Source of the DNA: an uncultured Elusimicrobia bacterium
GTDB lineage: Bacteria; Elusimicrobiota; Elusimicrobia; UBA1565; UBA9628
Assembly: GCA_964510095.1 (NCBI GenBank)
Contig: CAZEAE010000001.1
Location: 1 to 64,000, forward strand
Reading direction: 5' to 3'
DNA: 64,000 nt
This document shows positions 37,433-47,609 of the stretch, piece after piece; within the stretch, counting starts at the first letter, position 1; the number at the start of each line of letters is the position of its first letter. The translations under genes and the position numbers were made by a program. The notes beneath the pieces are model-generated. The model saw nothing but the letters and a program-made list of their open reading frames with translations. It ran no database searches and had not been told where the DNA came from.

Positions 37433-38739
37433 TAGAGCAGGCGGCCTTCGAGCATGGTCGCTAATCCTAGGAACGCGAAAAACCCAACTACGTCGGTGAC
37501 GGTGGTCAGGAAGATGCCGGAGCTCTGAGCCGGGTCGAAGCCCAGGCGCTTCATCATCAAAGGGATGCCCGCGCCGGCCAGGCCCGCGGCCACCATGTTG
37601 ACGACCATCGCCAAGCCCACGACGAGCCCAAGATAGGGGTTGCCCTTCCAGAGCCAGGCCGCCAGGGCCGTGACCACGCCGATGGCGACGCCGTTGGCCA
37701 GGCCGACGCCCACCTCGGTCAAGATCAAGCGCACGGCCACGTCATCCTTAGGCCGCACCTCGCGCATGACGAGGGCGCGCAGGACGACCGACAGGGTCTG
37801 GATCCCGGCGTTGCCGCCCTGGCCGGCGACGACGGGCAGGAACACGGCTAAGACCGCGACCCGGCCGATGATGGGCTCGAAATGGGAGACGACGGCGGCG
37901 GCGATGAAAGCGGTGCCCAGGTTGACCGTCAGCCACGGCAGACGCCGGCCCACCTTGAAACCCAAGGGGGAGAAGACGCGCTCCTCGCCGCTGGCGCCGA
38001 AGAGCATCTGAAGGTCCTCGGTGGCCTCCTCATGAGAACTCTCGAGAAGGTCCTCGCTGCGGATGGCGCCGATAAGGCGCCCCTGAGGGTCGATGACCGG
38101 GATCGAGATGAGGTTCTTGCCGCTGACCTGATGCATGATCTCCTCGCGGTCGGTGAAGGCCGCCACGGAGAAGACCTCGGTGCGCATGATGCTCTCGACC
38201 GTGGCCGAGGCGTCGGCCAGGATCAGGTCGCGCATGTTGAGCACGCCGACGAGCTTATTATTGTCGCCGACGACGTAGGTGTAGGTGTTGAAGCGCTTCT
38301 GCGCCCGCAAGCGCGCGATGACCTCCTTGACCTTGAGGTCCTTGTGGAACGCCGCCACGTCGGTCTTCATGATGCGCCCGGCGCTGTCCTCGGGATAGCT
38401 CAAGATCTCCTGGACCTGCGTCTTGAGCTCGGGCGTCAAAGCCCCGACGGAAGCCTGGCGGGCCGCGTCGGACATCGAACGAAAGACGTCGGCGACGCGG
38501 TCGGGAGACATCCGCCCCAGGATCGAGCTGGCCGGCTCGGGCAGGAGGGTCTCTAGGACCTGGGCGGTGAAGGCCAGCTGGGTGTGCTGAAGACAGGCCG
38601 CCGAGGCCGGGATGCCGAGCTCGCGCAGCAGCGAAGCGGCCGCGGCCGGAGACTGCGCCTCCAAGGACAACGCCGCCTGCTGGGCGTCGATGTCGATGAA
38701 GCGCCGCAGCATGGCCGTGCCCGCCGTTCTCTCCGGCAT
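37432..38739 (-). CDS. mgtE: Magnesium transporter MgtE
   Basis: MgtE N-domain, tandem CBS domains, C-terminal 5-TM MgtE domain (GNAGIQTLSVVLRAL, DVVGFFAFLGLA). Confidence 0.85.
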   Translation of the reverse strand: MPERTAGTAMLRRFIDIDAQQAALSLEAQSPAAAASLLRELGIPASAACLQHTQLAFTAQVLETLLPEPASSILGRMSPDRVADVFRSMSDAARQASVGALTPELKTQVQEILSYPEDSAGRIMKTDVAAFHKDLKVKEVIARLRAQKRFNTYTYVVGDNNKLVGVLNMRDLILADASATVESIMRTEVFSVAAFTDREEIMHQVSGKNLISIPVIDPQGRLIGAIRSEDLLESSHEEATEDLQMLFGASGEERVFSPLGFKVGRRLPWLTVNLGTAFIAAAVVSHFEPIIGRVAVLAVFLPVVAGQGGNAGIQTLSVVLRALVMREVRPKDDVAVRLILTEVGVGLANGVAIGVVTALAAWLWKGNPYLGLVVGLAMVVNMVAAGLAGAGIPLMMKRLGFDPAQSSGIFLTTVTDVVGFFAFLGLATMLEGRLL

Positions 38740-38741
38740 GG

Positions 38742-39239
38742 TCAGCGGAAGTTCTTGAACTGCAGATCGACCCCGAAGCTGCCCTGGCGCAAGAAAGCCA
38801 TGGCGGCCTGAAGTTCGTCCTTGGATTTGCTCGACACCCGCAGCTGATCGCCCTGGATGGAAGCGTTCACCTTCATCTTCTGCGCCTTGAAGGCCGCCTG
38901 CATCTCCTTGGCCTTATCCGTGGGGATGCCCGCGTTGATCGCCACCTCGGCGCGAGAGGTCTGCCCCAAGGCCGAGAGCGTGTCTCCCTTCTTGAAGTTC
39001 TTCAGCGGCAAGCCGCGCTTGGCCATGCGCGTCATCAGCATGTCGAAGACGGCGTCTATCTTCATCTCGTCCTCGGCGCGGATGACGAGCTTCTTGTCCT
39101 TCGCGTTGAGCTCGATGTCGGCGACGGAACCCTTGAAGTCGTAGCGATTCGAGATCTCCTTGAGCGCCACCTGGACCGACTCGGTGACCAGGTTCATGTC
39201 CACTTCGCTGACGACGTCGAACGAGAAATCGGAAGCCAT
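38742..39239 (-). CDS. yajQ: YajQ family nucleotide/c-di-GMP-binding protein (UPF0234)
   Basis: MASDFSFDVVSEVDMNLVTESVQVALKEISNRYDFKGS is the typical YajQ N-terminus; 165 aa. Confidence 0.8.
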   Translation of the reverse strand: MASDFSFDVVSEVDMNLVTESVQVALKEISNRYDFKGSVADIELNAKDKKLVIRAEDEMKIDAVFDMLMTRMAKRGLPLKNFKKGDTLSALGQTSRAEVAINAGIPTDKAKEMQAAFKAQKMKVNASIQGDQLRVSSKSKDELQAAMAFLRQGSFGVDLQFKNFR

Positions 39240-39249
39240 GGTTTTCCTC

Positions 39250-40890
39250 CTATCCGGGTATCTTCAGGCCCTGACGGCGGGCGGTCTTTGCGGCCAGAGC
39301 GTAGCCGGCGTCGGCGTGGCGGGCCACGCCCAGGCCGGGGTCGTTGGTCAGCACGCGCTCGAGCCGCCGGTCCATCGCCTTGGTGCCGTCGGCGACGGTG
39401 ACCTGGCCGGCATGCAGCGAATAGCCCATGCCCACGCCGCCGCCATGATGGAAGCTGACCCATGAAGCGCCGGAGGCCGTATTGAGCAAGGCGTTCAAGA
39501 TCGGCCAATCGGCCACCGCGTCGGAGCCGTCCTTCATGCCCTCGGTCTCTCGATAAGGGCTGGCCACCGAACCCGTGTCCAGATGGTCGCGGCCGATGAC
39601 GATCGGCGCCTTGACCTTGCCTTTGCGCACCAGCCAGTTCATCTTGAGCCCCATCTCGGCGCGCTGCCCCAGGCCCAGCCAGCAGATGCGCGCGGGAAGC
39701 CCTTGGAAAGCCACCTTCTCGCCGGCGAGGCGGATCCAGCGCGCCAAGGCCTCATCTTTGGGGAAGAGCTCGAGCACGGCCTTGTCGGTGACATCGATGT
39801 CGGCCGCTTCGCCGGAGAGCGCCACCCAGCGGAAAGGTCCCTTGCCCTGGCAGAACAGAGGCCTGATGAAGGCGGGCACGAAGCCGGGGAAGGAAAAAGC
39901 CTCTTTAACCCCGGCTTCGAAGGCCATCGTGCGGATGTTGTTGCCGTAGTCGAAGGTCACCGCGCCTTGTTTTTTGAGCGCGAGCATGCCGCGCACGTGC
40001 TCGGCGATAGAGGCCATCGAACGCTTGAGGCAGGCCTTGGGGTCGCGCCTGCGCAGGCTTGCGGCCTCATCGACGGACAGGCCTTTAGGGATATAGCCCA
40101 CCAACGGGTCATGAGCCGAGGTCTGATCGGTGAGCAGGTCGATGGGAACACGGCGGCGGGCCAGCTCCGGGATGATCTCGGCCGCGTTGCCGAGCAGGCC
40201 GACCGAGACCGCTTCCTTGTCCTTCTTCGCCCGCAAGACACGCGCCAGCGCGCGGTCAAGGTCCGTCTCCATGAAATCAAGGTAGCGGGTCTTATGACGC
40301 AGGCGCAGGCGCGTGGCGTCGGCCTCGATGCCGAGGAACGCCCCTCCGTTCATCGTCGCCGCCAACGGTTGGGCGCCGCCCATCCCCCCCAGGCCGGCGC
40401 TGACGACGAGCCGGCCCGCCAGCGTGCCGCCGAAGCGTTGGCGCGCGGCCTCGGCGAAGGTCTCGTAGGTGCCCTGCAGGATGCCTTGGGTGCCGATGTA
40501 GATCCAGGAGCCGGCCGTCATCTGGCCGTACATCATCAGGCCTTTTTTCTCCAACTCGTTGAAGTGCTCCCAGTTGGCCCAGCGCCCGACCAGGTTCGAG
40601 TTGGCGATCAAGACGCGCGGCGCCTGGTCGTGGGTCTTGAAGACCGCCACGGGCTTGCCGGACTGCACGAGCAGGGTCTCATCGCCCTCGAGCGCCCGCA
40701 GCGAGCGGACGATGGCGTGATAGCTCTTCCAGTCGCGCGCCGCCTTGCCTCGGCCGCCGTAGACGACGAGGTCCTGAGGACGCTCCGCCACCTCGGGGTC
40801 GAGGTTGTTCATCAGCATGCGCAGCGCCGCTTCCTGCGCCCAGCCCTTGCAGGACAGCTTGCGCCCTCGCGCCGCGCGTATGGAGGTCAT
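39250..40890 (-). CDS. hutU: Urocanate hydratase
   Basis: Full-length urocanase (546 aa) with conserved NAD-binding [12 protein letters not shown] and the C-terminal region. Confidence 0.95.
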   Translation of the reverse strand: MTSIRAARGRKLSCKGWAQEAALRMLMNNLDPEVAERPQDLVVYGGRGKAARDWKSYHAIVRSLRALEGDETLLVQSGKPVAVFKTHDQAPRVLIANSNLVGRWANWEHFNELEKKGLMMYGQMTAGSWIYIGTQGILQGTYETFAEAARQRFGGTLAGRLVVSAGLGGMGGAQPLAATMNGGAFLGIEADATRLRLRHKTRYLDFMETDLDRALARVLRAKKDKEAVSVGLLGNAAEIIPELARRRVPIDLLTDQTSAHDPLVGYIPKGLSVDEAASLRRRDPKACLKRSMASIAEHVRGMLALKKQGAVTFDYGNNIRTMAFEAGVKEAFSFPGFVPAFIRPLFCQGKGPFRWVALSGEAADIDVTDKAVLELFPKDEALARWIRLAGEKVAFQGLPARICWLGLGQRAEMGLKMNWLVRKGKVKAPIVIGRDHLDTGSVASPYRETEGMKDGSDAVADWPILNALLNTASGASWVSFHHGGGVGMGYSLHAGQVTVADGTKAMDRRLERVLTNDPGLGVARHADAGYALAAKTARRQGLKIPG

Positions 40891-42386
40891 GCGAAATATC
40901 CTTCCAGGATCAGCTCGCGCACCCGCTCCATCCGCGGCCCGAAGACCTCGTCTCCCTTGGCCGGCGGGACCTTGGCGCGCAGGCGCCGCAAGCCCTCGGC
41001 CGCGCCGCGCCCGGGCTTGAGCGGAGCGTGCACCTCGACGCCCTCGGCGGCGCAGAGCAGCTCGATGGCCACGATCTGGGCCGCGTTGAAGACGACCTGC
41101 TTGAACTTAAGGGCGGCCCACATCCCCATGCTGACGAAGTCCTCCTTGTTGGCGGAGGTCGGCACCGAGTCCGCCGAGGCGGGATGAGCCAAGGTCTTGT
41201 TCTCGGAGGCCAGCGCAGCCGCCGTCACCTGGGCGATCATCCAGCCTGATTCGAGGCCGGGGTCCCTGGCCAAAAACGGGTTCAAGCCCGGAGCCTGGCC
41301 GCTGATGAGCTGGAAGACCCGCCTTTCCGAGATCCCCCCCAAGGCCGTCATCGCGGTGGCCGCAGCGTCGCAGGCGAAGGCCAACGCCTGGCCATGGAAG
41401 TTCCCGCCGGAGATGACGCGGCCGCTCACGACCAAGGGGTTGTCGGTGACGCTGCCCAGCTCGATCTCGTAGGTCCGCCGCCCATGCTCCAATTGGTCGC
41501 GCACGGCGCCGTGCACCTGCGGCATGCAGCGCAGGCTGTAGGGATCCTGGACGCGCGGGTCGTTCTCGAGGTGGGAGTCGCGGATCTGGCTGCCCGCCAA
41601 AAGGCGCCGCAGCCGGCGCGCGGTCTCCACCTGCCCCGGGTGGGGCTTGAGGCGCGAAACAGCCTCGTCGAAAGGCGCGGGCGTGCCGGTCATCGCTTCC
41701 AGGCTCAGCGCCCCCGCCAGGTCGGCGGCGGAGAGCACCAGCTCGGAGCGGTGCAGCGCCAAGCCGCCCACGGCCTGCATGGCCTGGGTGCCGTTGAGCA
41801 GCGCCAAGCCTTCCTTGGCCTCCAGGACGGCGGCCCTAAGCCCGAGGCGCTTGAGCGCGGCTGCGCCCTTCAATCGCTTTCCCTTGAGAGTAAGCTCGCC
41901 CTCCCCGATGAGCGTCAGCGCCATGTGCGCCTGAGGAGCGAGGTCGCCGCTGGCGCCCACCGAGCCCCGGCTGGGGATGACGGCGGCCGCCCCCGCGTTG
42001 AGCAGCGCGGCCATCAGCTCGATGAGCTCGGCCCGCGCGCCGGAATAGCCCCGCGAAAGCTCGTTGGCCCGCAGGAACATGATCCCGCGCGCCTCGGCCT
42101 CGGAGAGCGGCTCCCCGATGCCGCAGGCATGAGAGAGGACCAGGTTGCGCTGCAGCTGAGCCAAGGACCCGGCCGGAACGCGCTTGGAGGCCAGCTCGCC
42201 GAAGCCGGTGTTGACCCCATAGAGCGGAGCGCCGGAGGCGGCCAGCTTGAGCAGCAGACGGCGCGACGCGGCCACGCGCGCCTTGGCGCCGGAGCCCAGC
42301 GCGACCTTGCGGCCGCCCTGCGCGACAGCGACGAGATCCGGCAGCGCCGTGGCGCCGCCGAGGCCGAAAGGATTAGAGGGCTTCAA
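40887..42386 (-). CDS. hutH: Histidine ammonia-lyase
   Basis: MIO-forming ASG triad in [17 protein letters not shown]; 499 aa. Confidence 0.95.
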   Translation of the reverse strand: MKPSNPFGLGGATALPDLVAVAQGGRKVALGSGAKARVAASRRLLLKLAASGAPLYGVNTGFGELASKRVPAGSLAQLQRNLVLSHACGIGEPLSEAEARGIMFLRANELSRGYSGARAELIELMAALLNAGAAAVIPSRGSVGASGDLAPQAHMALTLIGEGELTLKGKRLKGAAALKRLGLRAAVLEAKEGLALLNGTQAMQAVGGLALHRSELVLSAADLAGALSLEAMTGTPAPFDEAVSRLKPHPGQVETARRLRRLLAGSQIRDSHLENDPRVQDPYSLRCMPQVHGAVRDQLEHGRRTYEIELGSVTDNPLVVSGRVISGGNFHGQALAFACDAAATAMTALGGISERRVFQLISGQAPGLNPFLARDPGLESGWMIAQVTAAALASENKTLAHPASADSVPTSANKEDFVSMGMWAALKFKQVVFNAAQIVAIELLCAAEGVEVHAPLKPGRGAAEGLRRLRAKVPPAKGDEVFGPRMERVRELILEGYFA

Positions 42387-43518
42387 TGGCGACCGCCACC
42401 GCTTCCCCGCCGCCCAGGCAGATGGCGGCGATGCCCTTCTTGCCGCCGCGCTGGCGCAGCGCGTGGGTCAGGGTGACCAGGATACGGGCGCCGCTGGCGC
42501 CCAAAGGATGGCCCAGGGCCACCGCGCCGCCGCGCACGTTGACCTTCTCGGCGGGCAGCCCGGCCAGCTTCATGACGGCCAAAGACACCACGGCGAAAGC
42601 CTCGTTGACCTCGAAGAGGTCCACCGAATCGGCGCGCCAACCCGTCTTCTTCAAGAGCTTCTCGATGGCCCCGGCCGGCGCCGTCGTGAACCACTGCGGC
42701 TCCTGGCTGAAGGTGGCCCAATCCACGATGCGCGCCAGCGGTTTCCTGCCGGCGGCGCCTTTAGCACCGCACAGGACCAGCGCCGCAGCGCCGTCATTGA
42801 GCTTGGAGGCGTTGGCCGCGGTGATCGTGCCCCCGGCCTTGAAGGCGGGCTTGAGCTTGCTGATCTTATCGAGCTTGGCCCGGCCCGGCTCCTCGTCGAG
42901 GACGAGGCCGTCGACCGCGCAGACCTCGGCGGAAAAGGCGCCTTCCTTCTGGGCGTCCAGGGCCCGCTGATAGCTGCGCGCCGCGAACTCGTCCTGCTGC
43001 TCCCGGCTGATGCCGTGCGTCTCGGCGCAGAGCTCGCCGCAATCTCCCATATGGGTGTTGGTGTAGGGGTCGGTCAGGCCGTCCTTGAGGATGGCATCGA
43101 GCAGGGTGGCGTTGCCGTAGCGATAGCCGCCGCGAGCCTTGTCCAGGAGAAAAGGGGCCTTGGACATCGACTCCATGCCGCCGCCCAAGCCGTAGGCCTG
43201 CTCGCCGAGCCGGATCGACTGTCCGACCATCATGACGGCCTTCATCCCGGAGCCGCAGACCTTGTTGACGGTGGTGGCGCCGACCAAAGCCGGCACGCCG
43301 GCCAAGACCATAGCCTGCCGGGCCGGGGCTTGCCCGACGCCGCCGGAGATGACATTGCCCATGACGACTTCGCCCAACTCCTCCGGCTTGACCTGGGCCG
43401 CGGAGAGCGCCGCGGCGACGGCCTTGGCGCCCAGCTGGGGAGCGGTATAGGCGGACAAGGCCCCGTTGATCGAGCCGATCGGGGTGCGGACGGCGGAGAG
43501 TATCAGGACTTCTTCCAT
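42373..43518 (-). CDS. Acetyl-CoA C-acetyltransferase (thiolase II)
   Basis: Start MEEVLILSAVRTPIGS with an AAGGGAG RBS; active-site Cys in NKVCGSGMKAV, C-terminal GHPLGASGARIL and [15 protein letters not shown]. The ORF track extends to 44178, but that reading runs antisense through the next gene. Confidence 0.9.
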   Translation of the reverse strand: MEEVLILSAVRTPIGSINGALSAYTAPQLGAKAVAAALSAAQVKPEELGEVVMGNVISGGVGQAPARQAMVLAGVPALVGATTVNKVCGSGMKAVMMVGQSIRLGEQAYGLGGGMESMSKAPFLLDKARGGYRYGNATLLDAILKDGLTDPYTNTHMGDCGELCAETHGISREQQDEFAARSYQRALDAQKEGAFSAEVCAVDGLVLDEEPGRAKLDKISKLKPAFKAGGTITAANASKLNDGAAALVLCGAKGAAGRKPLARIVDWATFSQEPQWFTTAPAGAIEKLLKKTGWRADSVDLFEVNEAFAVVSLAVMKLAGLPAEKVNVRGGAVALGHPLGASGARILVTLTHALRQRGGKKGIAAICLGGGEAVAVAIEAL

Positions 43519-43541
43519 GGTGGGCTCCCTTGGCGCCAGGC

Positions 43542-44252
43542 CTACAGATAATACACGAAACGGGCGCAAAGCCCGCCCCCGACGGCAACCGCGCCGCCGA
43601 GGTAATAATTGAACCAAGACAGATCGAGCAGCCGCCTGTCCCGCAGGACATACATGAGGACCAGCCAAGCGGGGACCAGGATGAGCCAGCCCCCGTTGGG
43701 CACCAGGAACAGCATCGCCAAGACGAGACGCTCCACCATGGCCAAGTATTTCTCCTCGAAGCCGGGGAACGAGACGTCGTAAAGGTCCTTCTCGATGAAA
43801 TAGACCAGCACCGTGCAGGCATGCGTGACGGCGACGAAGAGGCAGCCCAAGACCGGCCATTTCTCGGGCAAGAGGCTGACCGAGGGGTTCTGGAAGGCGA
43901 CCGGGATGACGGCAAAGATGACGGCGTAATGGATGACCTGGTCCCAAAGGAAGTAGAGCGTGTTGTCGGGCGTGTTGTACTTGAAGATGGTGAAGACCCG
44001 CCACTCGTCCTCGATGAAATGCACCACGAACACGATCAGCACGCAGGCCCAGCCGGTGAGCTTCACGACCGGCGTGTTGATCCAGAATTCCTTGAGATAA
44101 GGATAGGTGAGAAGCACGTAGAAGAGCGGATGGGTGGCGCAGTGCGCCATCATGCCCCAGAAGCTGCTGCGCTTCCACTGGTTGATGAAGTTCGTCTGGA
44201 ACGTGAAATCAGCCAGCAGATGCCCGAAGAGCAGCCGCCAGAAGATCAGCAT
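43542..44252 (-). CDS. DUF3307-like integral membrane protein
   Basis: N-terminus MLIFWRLLFGHLLADFTFQTNFI (H..ADF.FQ motif typical of DUF3307); 6-7 TM helices; TAGATG junction with the upstream cyclase gene. Confidence 0.45.
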   Translation of the reverse strand: MLIFWRLLFGHLLADFTFQTNFINQWKRSSFWGMMAHCATHPLFYVLLTYPYLKEFWINTPVVKLTGWACVLIVFVVHFIEDEWRVFTIFKYNTPDNTLYFLWDQVIHYAVIFAVIPVAFQNPSVSLLPEKWPVLGCLFVAVTHACTVLVYFIEKDLYDVSFPGFEEKYLAMVERLVLAMLFLVPNGGWLILVPAWLVLMYVLRDRRLLDLSWFNYYLGGAVAVGGGLCARFVYYL

Positions 44253-46412
44253 CTATTTCGCCGTCAGGTTGAAGACGATTTCCTTGTCGTCAGGCGGGAT
44301 CGCGGCGTAATCCTTGGAGGTGTTGAGATAAAGGGTGGCGGGGCCGTCGTCAGGCAGCAGCTTGAGGACCTCCTGGAACACCGTGACAGCCTGCTCATAG
44401 TCGGCCTTGTTGAACAAGACCAAGCCCTTCTCGTAAAGCGGCTTAGCCTGCCGCCATTGGGCGGAAAGCTCCCCTTTCTTCGCCAAGAGTTCGTAGACGC
44501 GGATGGGGATGGCCTTGCCGACCACGCGCACGCGCCCCAGCTCGCGAGCTTCGATGACGCTCTCGGCGCCCTTGTAGCAAGCCTCGCTGATCATGATATG
44601 GGAGCCGAAGAACTTGTTGGCGCCCTCCAGGCGCGAGGCCAGGTTGACCTCGTCGCCGATGACGGTGTAGGCCAGCTTCTTCTCGGAGCCGGTCAGGCCG
44701 ACGGTCATGTCGCCGGAGTTGAGGCCGATGCGGATGGCCGGCATCTCCGGAAGGTTGGGGTCCAGGTTCTCGTTGAGCTTGGCCATGACCTGCTGGCATT
44801 CGATGGCCGCCAGGCAGGCGTTGGCGTGATGATCGGCGTCGTCGAGCGGGGCGTTCCAGAACGCCATGATGCAGTCGCCGATGTACTTATCCACCGTGCC
44901 CTTGCGCTCCTGGATGACGTGGCTGAGGGCGGAAAGATAGCGGTTCAAGAAGATGATCAGCCCCTCGGGCGACATCTTCTCGGAGATGGTCGTGAAATGC
45001 GCGATATCGAGGAAGAACACCGTCATCTCCCGCTTCTCGCCGCCGAGCTTGACCAGGCTGGGGTCCTGGACGAGCTTCTCGACGATGTCCGGGGAGACGA
45101 ACTGGCCGAAGGTCTGCTTGATGAACTTCTTCTCCGCGCCCTCGGTCAGCACGCGGTGGACGGTCTGGACCAAAAACGAGCTGACCAATGCCAGCGCCGG
45201 CGCGATGAAGTCGATCCGGACGCCCTGACCGAACTTCCAGTAGGTGAAGGCGAACCAGCCGCCCAGGACCCCGACGACGGCGAGGTTGCCGACGGCCGGC
45301 GAAAAGCGCAGCAGCAGCAGCGGCAGCCAGATCATCACCAACAGCATGAGGAGGATGTACATCCGCGGAGTGTTCCGCAGGAAGTCGTCATGGAGGATGT
45401 TGTCCATGTTGTTGCAATGCAGCTCGGGCCCCGGCGCCGAGGCGACGAAAGGCGTCGGATAGTGGTCGAAATAGCCCAGCGCGGTGGAGCCGACGATGAC
45501 GATCGAGTTCTTAAGGTCGGCCTTCTGCGTGGCCGTCAGGTGTCCCGCCAGGACATCGAGCGCCGAGATGGTCTGGTAGGGGGCGGAGATCGTCGCCAGG
45601 TTCATCACCGTCGTGCTGGAAGCCTCGTCGGCGTAAGCATGCTGCAGCCAATCCTTGGGACGGCGGAAGTTGATCCGGTGCTCGATGACGCCCCCCCCCT
45701 CATGGGTGAAGCGCTCGATGAGCTCTTCGACGGGCTTGTCGAGGTAGCTGGCGACGGCGACCAAGTCCATCGAAAGCGCGGGGCCTTTGCCGGTCTTAGG
45801 GTCGATCACCCGCGAGTCGACGAACTGGGAACGGCGGATGTGGCCGTCGCTATCGAGCACCGCCTGGATGTTCGGGTGGCCCAGGTACTGAGCGGTCGCT
45901 TTCAGAGCGCCGATGGGCTCGGTGACCGACATGACCTCGCCGTGCTCGTTGCCCTCGGAGTCGACGGCCAGCTTGCCCTCGAAAACGAAAAGATGGATGA
46001 CCCGCTTGAAGCGCTTGGTGGCGGCCGCCAACGCCCGGTCCCCCTCCCGGGGCTCGAAGAACATGACGTCGAAGACCAGCGTCTTGACGCCGAAGGCCTT
46101 GAGCTTGTCCGTCAGCTGGGCCAGCACGGGACGCGGCACCGGGAAGCCGTATTTGCCGCCGGTCTCGGCGTCAAGGGCGACCAGCAGGATCTTGGGGTCG
46201 GCGGGCGGCAGGACTTCCTTGCGCAGCACGAAGAGCCGATCCGTCCAAACGTCCTCGGCATGGCCGAACACCCCGGTATCGATATCCAGCCCGGTGAGGC
46301 CGGGCCAATAGAGGATGAGGAATAAGACGGAAAAGACGATGGAGAAGTTGCGGGGAAACCGCGGCTTGCCCTTTTTCTCGGCCGGCTTCTCCGCTTTCTT
46401 GTCAGCGCTCAT
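44253..46412 (-). CDS. CHASE2 sensor domain-containing class III adenylate/guanylate cyclase with C-terminal TPR
   Basis: N-terminal TM + CHASE2-like extracytoplasmic region, 3 TM helices, cyclase domain (EKREMTVFFLDIAHFTTISE...KYIGDCIMAFWNAP...LNSGDMTVGLTGSEKKLAYTVIGDEVNLASRLEG), TPR-like tail. Confidence 0.85.
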   Translation of the reverse strand: MSADKKAEKPAEKKGKPRFPRNFSIVFSVLFLILYWPGLTGLDIDTGVFGHAEDVWTDRLFVLRKEVLPPADPKILLVALDAETGGKYGFPVPRPVLAQLTDKLKAFGVKTLVFDVMFFEPREGDRALAAATKRFKRVIHLFVFEGKLAVDSEGNEHGEVMSVTEPIGALKATAQYLGHPNIQAVLDSDGHIRRSQFVDSRVIDPKTGKGPALSMDLVAVASYLDKPVEELIERFTHEGGGVIEHRINFRRPKDWLQHAYADEASSTTVMNLATISAPYQTISALDVLAGHLTATQKADLKNSIVIVGSTALGYFDHYPTPFVASAPGPELHCNNMDNILHDDFLRNTPRMYILLMLLVMIWLPLLLLRFSPAVGNLAVVGVLGGWFAFTYWKFGQGVRIDFIAPALALVSSFLVQTVHRVLTEGAEKKFIKQTFGQFVSPDIVEKLVQDPSLVKLGGEKREMTVFFLDIAHFTTISEKMSPEGLIIFLNRYLSALSHVIQERKGTVDKYIGDCIMAFWNAPLDDADHHANACLAAIECQQVMAKLNENLDPNLPEMPAIRIGLNSGDMTVGLTGSEKKLAYTVIGDEVNLASRLEGANKFFGSHIMISEACYKGAESVIEARELGRVRVVGKAIPIRVYELLAKKGELSAQWRQAKPLYEKGLVLFNKADYEQAVTVFQEVLKLLPDDGPATLYLNTSKDYAAIPPDDKEIVFNLTAK

Positions 46413-47491
46413 GGCGTGCCCTTCTTGGGTTGAGCCTTCATGGGCTTAGCCGCCGGCTTCGGGGAGATCTTGGACTTCGCCGCGGCCCCGGGAGCCGGCT
46501 TGATCTCGACGGGCGGAGGAGGCGGAAGCTTCAGGCGCGCGCGCAGCTGGCTCCTGGAGAAATCGATCACGCTCTTCGTGTTGACGTCCTTTTCCGCCGC
46601 GGAGGCGGCGTCCAGGGCCGCCAGGCCCTGCTTCTCATCGCCCACCATGCCCACGATGGAGGCGGCCTGCTGCCGGCTGTTGGGGTCGCGGGACTTGAGA
46701 GCCTCGAAAGCCGCCGGCAAGCCGGCCGCGTTGCCGAAGCGCGATAAGCCCTGCGCCGCCTCCAGCCGGACCGACGGCTGTGAGTCTTGAAGGGCCGCGG
46801 CCAAGGCCGGCAGGACAGAGGGGTCCGGGAGGGAGCCGAGAGCTCTGACGGCGGCGGCGCGCAAGTCGTTGTCCGGGTCGGCGAGCAAGCCCTGCAGCGC
46901 GGGTATGCTCTCCAGCGCCTGCAGCTGCCCCAGCGCCGCCACGGCGGAACGGCGCAGGCCGGAGTCCTTGTCGGACAAGGCCCGAACCAAGGCGGAAGCC
47001 GCTTTGGGCGCGCGCAGGACCCCCAGGGTCCTCACGGCGGCGTAGCGCACGCCGGGAACCGGATCTCCCACCGCGGCGATCAAGGCATCGGCCGCCGCAG
47101 GGTCGCCGAGGTAGGCCAGCGCAGTCGCCGCGCTCTGGCGGGCCGAAGGCTCTTTATCGGAGGTCAGCATCTTGACTAAGCCCGGCAAGGCCTGGCTGGC
47201 ATGGAGCATGCCGAGCGAATCGGCGGCCATGGAACGCACGAGGGGGTGGGGATCGCTGATCGTCTCAAGCAGGGCTGGGATGGCGTCGCCGCGGCGCAGC
47301 TGGCCTAATTCCTCGGCCCCTTGGCGCCGGAGCATCGGGTTGTCGGACTTAAGCTTTCCCAGCGCCGCCTGGTAGTGGTCGATGGGGGCCGGGGCGGTCG
47401 GGGCAGGCTCAGCCGCGACTACCGTGGAAGGCCGAGGAAGACCGAGGAACAAGAAAAGAAAGAATACCGCCAGGACAGGCCATGGTCGCAT
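46409..47491 (-). CDS. Secreted HEAT-repeat (PBS lyase HEAT-like) protein
   Basis: Signal peptide; at least 7 repeats of the ...ALG.LGD..A...L...L.D.D..VR..A..AL form; Pro/Ala/Lys-rich C-terminal tail; ATGA overlap with the cyclase gene. Confidence 0.7.
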   Translation of the reverse strand: MRPWPVLAVFFLFLFLGLPRPSTVVAAEPAPTAPAPIDHYQAALGKLKSDNPMLRRQGAEELGQLRRGDAIPALLETISDPHPLVRSMAADSLGMLHASQALPGLVKMLTSDKEPSARQSAATALAYLGDPAAADALIAAVGDPVPGVRYAAVRTLGVLRAPKAASALVRALSDKDSGLRRSAVAALGQLQALESIPALQGLLADPDNDLRAAAVRALGSLPDPSVLPALAAALQDSQPSVRLEAAQGLSRFGNAAGLPAAFEALKSRDPNSRQQAASIVGMVGDEKQGLAALDAASAAEKDVNTKSVIDFSRSQLRARLKLPPPPPVEIKPAPGAAAKSKISPKPAAKPMKAQPKKGTP

Positions 47492-47531
47492 CGGCTGATT
47501 CTAGCTTTCCTATATAGTTAAGGTCAACCCC

Positions 47532-47562
47532 GGGGCCAGGCACCACAGTTGTTCGGTTATTG
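47532..47562. repeat. Left 31-bp inverted repeat (ggggccaggcaccacagttgttcggttattg)
   Basis: Perfect reverse complement of 48396-48426. Confidence 0.8.
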
Positions 47563-47609
47563 CTGAAAAGTGGAACAAAATGAGGGGTTCAATCGTATAT
47601 AGATTAGGT

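Noticed and set aside
39583-43551. Plus-strand ORFs antisense to hutU, hutH and thiolase
   Set aside because: Shadow ORFs; hutU, hutH and thiolase are unambiguous on the minus strand.
43530-46325. 931-aa plus-strand ORF antisense to the DUF3307 and CHASE2 cyclase genes
   Set aside because: No recognisable motifs and an Arg/Asp/Glu-rich artefactual composition. The minus strand encodes a clear class III cyclase.
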